Positions 31,918 to 32,000 of a DNA stretch of 32,000 bases are shown here, piece after piece. How positions within the stretch are numbered: the first letter of the stretch is position 1; each line of letters starts with the position of its first letter. This DNA comes from Candidatus Saccharimonadota bacterium (GTDB taxonomy: Bacteria; Patescibacteriota; Saccharimonadia; Saccharimonadales; Saccharimonadaceae): the NCBI GenBank assembly GCA_016700015.1, contig CP064995.1, positions 210,001 to 242,000 of the forward strand. Reading direction: 5' to 3'. The notes under the pieces were generated by a model. The model saw only the letters and a program-made list of their open reading frames with translations, was not told the DNA's origin and searched no databases. Position numbers and translations under genes: made by a program.

Positions 31918-32000
31918 CGTCCAGTCAGAGATAGGTATGAATCAACTAGCTAAAAACAACACCTAGTAGGCTGACGCCAGTGGTTCTGTATAAGAACATA

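Overview
The window is dense and mostly housekeeping chromosomal DNA. By eye it is roughly 50% G+C, and 12 genes pair a -10 box with an ATG 6-9 nt downstream. My guess is a small-genome, Gram-positive-type bacterium, possibly Patescibacteria/Saccharibacteria-like. That is inference only, based on an LAxTG-anchored giant adhesin, translation and cell-wall genes scattered among ORFans, and no biosynthetic operons. Recognisable genes in order: a 5'-truncated giant surface protein (1-3804); two small exported/membrane ORFans; tRNA-Gly(GCC); an HD-domain (p)ppGpp-hydrolase-like gene; murF; leuS; a GC-rich small membrane-protein gene; rpmF (below the ORF-track cutoff); nusB; a Nudix hydrolase; rnc; rpsP; a KH-domain protein; trmD; a membrane protein coupled to an Erm-type rRNA methyltransferase; ORFans; tRNA-Gln(CUG); a VIT-like membrane protein; a TrpR/YerC-like regulator; a Cys-cluster ORFan; a frameshifted AstE/AspA-family gene; hisS; a PAP2 phosphatase; rmuC; a MIP channel; pheS and pheT; and a TrpF-like TIM-barrel ORF. 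I found no CRISPR array, transposase, integrase or rRNA. The most unusual observations are: (1) a ~115-aa ASCH/PUA-like module inserted in-frame in LeuRS just before the CP1 editing domain; (2) pheS and pheT separated by two translationally coupled genes (a YqfO-like PII-fold protein and a NYN-domain predicted RNase), ending in a 22-bp perfect direct repeat; (3) a consensus promoter driving a 25-nt copy of the tRNA-Gly 5' half plus ~155 nt of hairpin-rich RNA ahead of the real tRNA-Gly; (4) a promoter, hairpin and intrinsic-terminator leader (or ~75-nt sRNA) ahead of the ppGpp-hydrolase-like gene; (5) a ~64% G+C mini-islet with a perfect promoter and operator-like palindrome; (6) an Erm-like methyltransferase; (7) an att-like duplicate of the tRNA-Gln 3' end; (8) twelve genes whose -10 box sits 6-9 nt from the ATG, suggesting leaderless mRNAs. 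All calls rest on reading the sequence and remembered family motifs. No database search was run.
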